In this document: piece by piece, positions 62,753 through 64,000 of the stretch | Position numbering within the stretch: position 1 is the stretch's first letter | Layout of the letters: the number at the start of each line of letters is the position of its first letter | Source of the DNA: a virus | Taxonomy: Duplodnaviria > Heunggongvirae > Uroviricota > Caudoviricetes | Direction: 5' to 3' (one strand) | DNA length: 64,000 bases | IMG/VR virus record: IMGVR_UViG_3300034072_002212 | Span: 94,417 to 158,416 of that record | Notes under the pieces: model-generated | Told to the model about the DNA's origin: nothing | The model's input: the letters and a program-made list of their open reading frames with translations, nothing else | Database searches by the model: none | Made by a program: the position numbers and the translations under genes

Positions 62753-64000
62753 GCTGCTTCCTCCCCGTCATCTGCTGAATCATCACCGCTGATTGGGCTC
62801 ATCGAGCCATCATCAGCGCCATCTTCTGCTGGTGCTTCTTCATCACCCATGTCATCACCCATGTCCAGTTCGTCAGTGGGACGAATACCCACTGAGTCTA
62901 GACCAGCTGGGGCGGCGCCGGCAAAGCCATCATCAGCACCAGTGCCCTTGGTAGCATCACGATTCTCTTCACGCCACATGCGCTCGTTTTCGTTGATGTC
63001 CTCTTCGGTCATACCCATGATGTTGATCATCAGCCAACGCTTACTGAAGTGTTTCATCTCTGCCAACTGGGTGTAGACACTAATAGCAGCACCATCCTTT
63101 TCCAGCTTCGCAAACGTGCTGAAGTTCTCAGGCGTGTTGAAGTTCAGTTCGTAGAGGCTGGCGTCGATGTTGTAACCGCGACGGCGAACGAACAGCTTGA
63201 ACTCATCATCAAAGATTGGAGCCAGGAGGTTCTGTAGACGCGAGCAATACTGCGCGAAGTTGAACTCCTGAATGTAAGCAGTACCAACGCGACCGTCAGT
63301 AAAGCTCTGAGTGCCATCTTCTGGGCCACTTGGGAGGTAGCTAGAAGGAACGCGGAGACCGCGTTTCAGCTTGTTATCCCAGTAGCGAAGATCGTCAATC
63401 TGACCTAGGTTCTCACCGGCGGGCAGAGTCTCAACGCGCGAACCACGACCTTCAGCCGACTGAGCAAAGAAGAAGTCTTCCATCATGCTCATTGGATTGT
63501 AGGTTGCGTCACCAATGTTAGCACCACCGCCGGTGCGGCTTGGATACCTGCGCTGATGAATCTCGTTCTTGACCTTCTCGAGGTAGCCACCCACCTTGTG
63601 AAGAGGCATACCACCCACGTCCACGTAGAAAACTCGGCGTTCAGGGGCCCTCTGAATACGGTAGATAATGATTGCTTCCTCGAGCAATCCCTTCTCGCGC
63701 CATACCTTGTAGACGCTCTCAAGGATGCTCGTGCCGAATGGCCAGTTAGCATCAAGACCTTCCGAGAGGCTCAAGTGAACGATATGGGTTGCCTCGATAG
63801 CAGTCTGAGTGGAATCACCATCGAAGCGACCATTGTTTGGGCTACCATGACCCCAACGCTTGAGGTCCTTGGTTGGCCTCTGAATGCTCATCTGACTGCT
63901 ACCACCGGTGAGGTTCTGACCATACTTGTCAGGAGCCGTTGCGGTGAAGCTGGAGAGATTCACATCAAGATCACTGATGATGTAAGCTTCAGGCATCTTG
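62749..64000 (-). CDS. gp20: Portal protein (gp20), partial
   Basis: SILESVYKVW, IYRIQRAPERRVFYVDVG, EDFFF, GRGSRVETLPAGENLG, LRVPSSYL; frame open past the window end. Confidence 0.95.
   Translation of the reverse strand, partial: KMPEAYIISDLDVNLSSFTATAPDKYGQNLTGGSSQMSIQRPTKDLKRWGHGSPNNGRFDGDSTQTAIEATHIVHLSLSEGLDANWPFGTSILESVYKVWREKGLLEEAIIIYRIQRAPERRVFYVDVGGMPLHKVGGYLEKVKNEIHQRRYPSRTGGGANIGDATYNPMSMMEDFFFAQSAEGRGSRVETLPAGENLGQIDDLRYWDNKLKRGLRVPSSYLPSGPEDGTQSFTDGRVGTAYIQEFNFAQYCSRLQNLLAPIFDDEFKLFVRRRGYNIDASLYELNFNTPENFSTFAKLEKDGAAISVYTQLAEMKHFSKRWLMINIMGMTEEDINENERMWREENRDATKGTGADDGFAGAAPAGLDSVGIRPTDELDMGDDMGDEEAPAEDGADDGSMSPISGDDSADDGEEAA

Overview
A 64-kb segment of a T4-like (Tevenvirinae-related, jumbo-type) myophage genome. 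The host is probably alphaproteobacterial, inferred from a Sphingomonas/Caulobacter-style outer-membrane beta-barrel gene and TTGAC-N16-TANNNT promoters. Most core genes lie on the minus strand. Replication/recombination: a short DnaE-like protein, a gp62-like protein, UvsW, UvsY, UvsX and gp32. Packaging and tail: gp17, gp4, gp19, gp18, and neck/tail-completion gp13/14/15. Head module: MCP gp23, scaffold gp22, protease gp21, two gp67-like core proteins and the portal (partial). Late operons start behind a recurrent TAAATA late-promoter core. Three accessory elements stand out. (1) An ~800-nt late-promoter-driven, end-paired, highly structured non-coding RNA candidate (30400-31241, minus strand) lies just upstream of a full-length Ro60/TROVE gene, and smaller structured RNAs flank that gene. 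(2) A complete deamidating NAD+ salvage route (PncA, PncB, NadM-type adenylyltransferase, NadE, plus a Nudix hydrolase) could rebuild NAD+ from the products of NADase defence systems by a route different from the described NARP1/NARP2. (3) RNA/tRNA-repair and host-envelope genes: an RNA ligase, an OB-fold tRNA-binding protein, Pth2, a TGT/DpdA-like protein, MntP and an OMP. All calls come from motif reading by eye; no database searches or folding programs were run.
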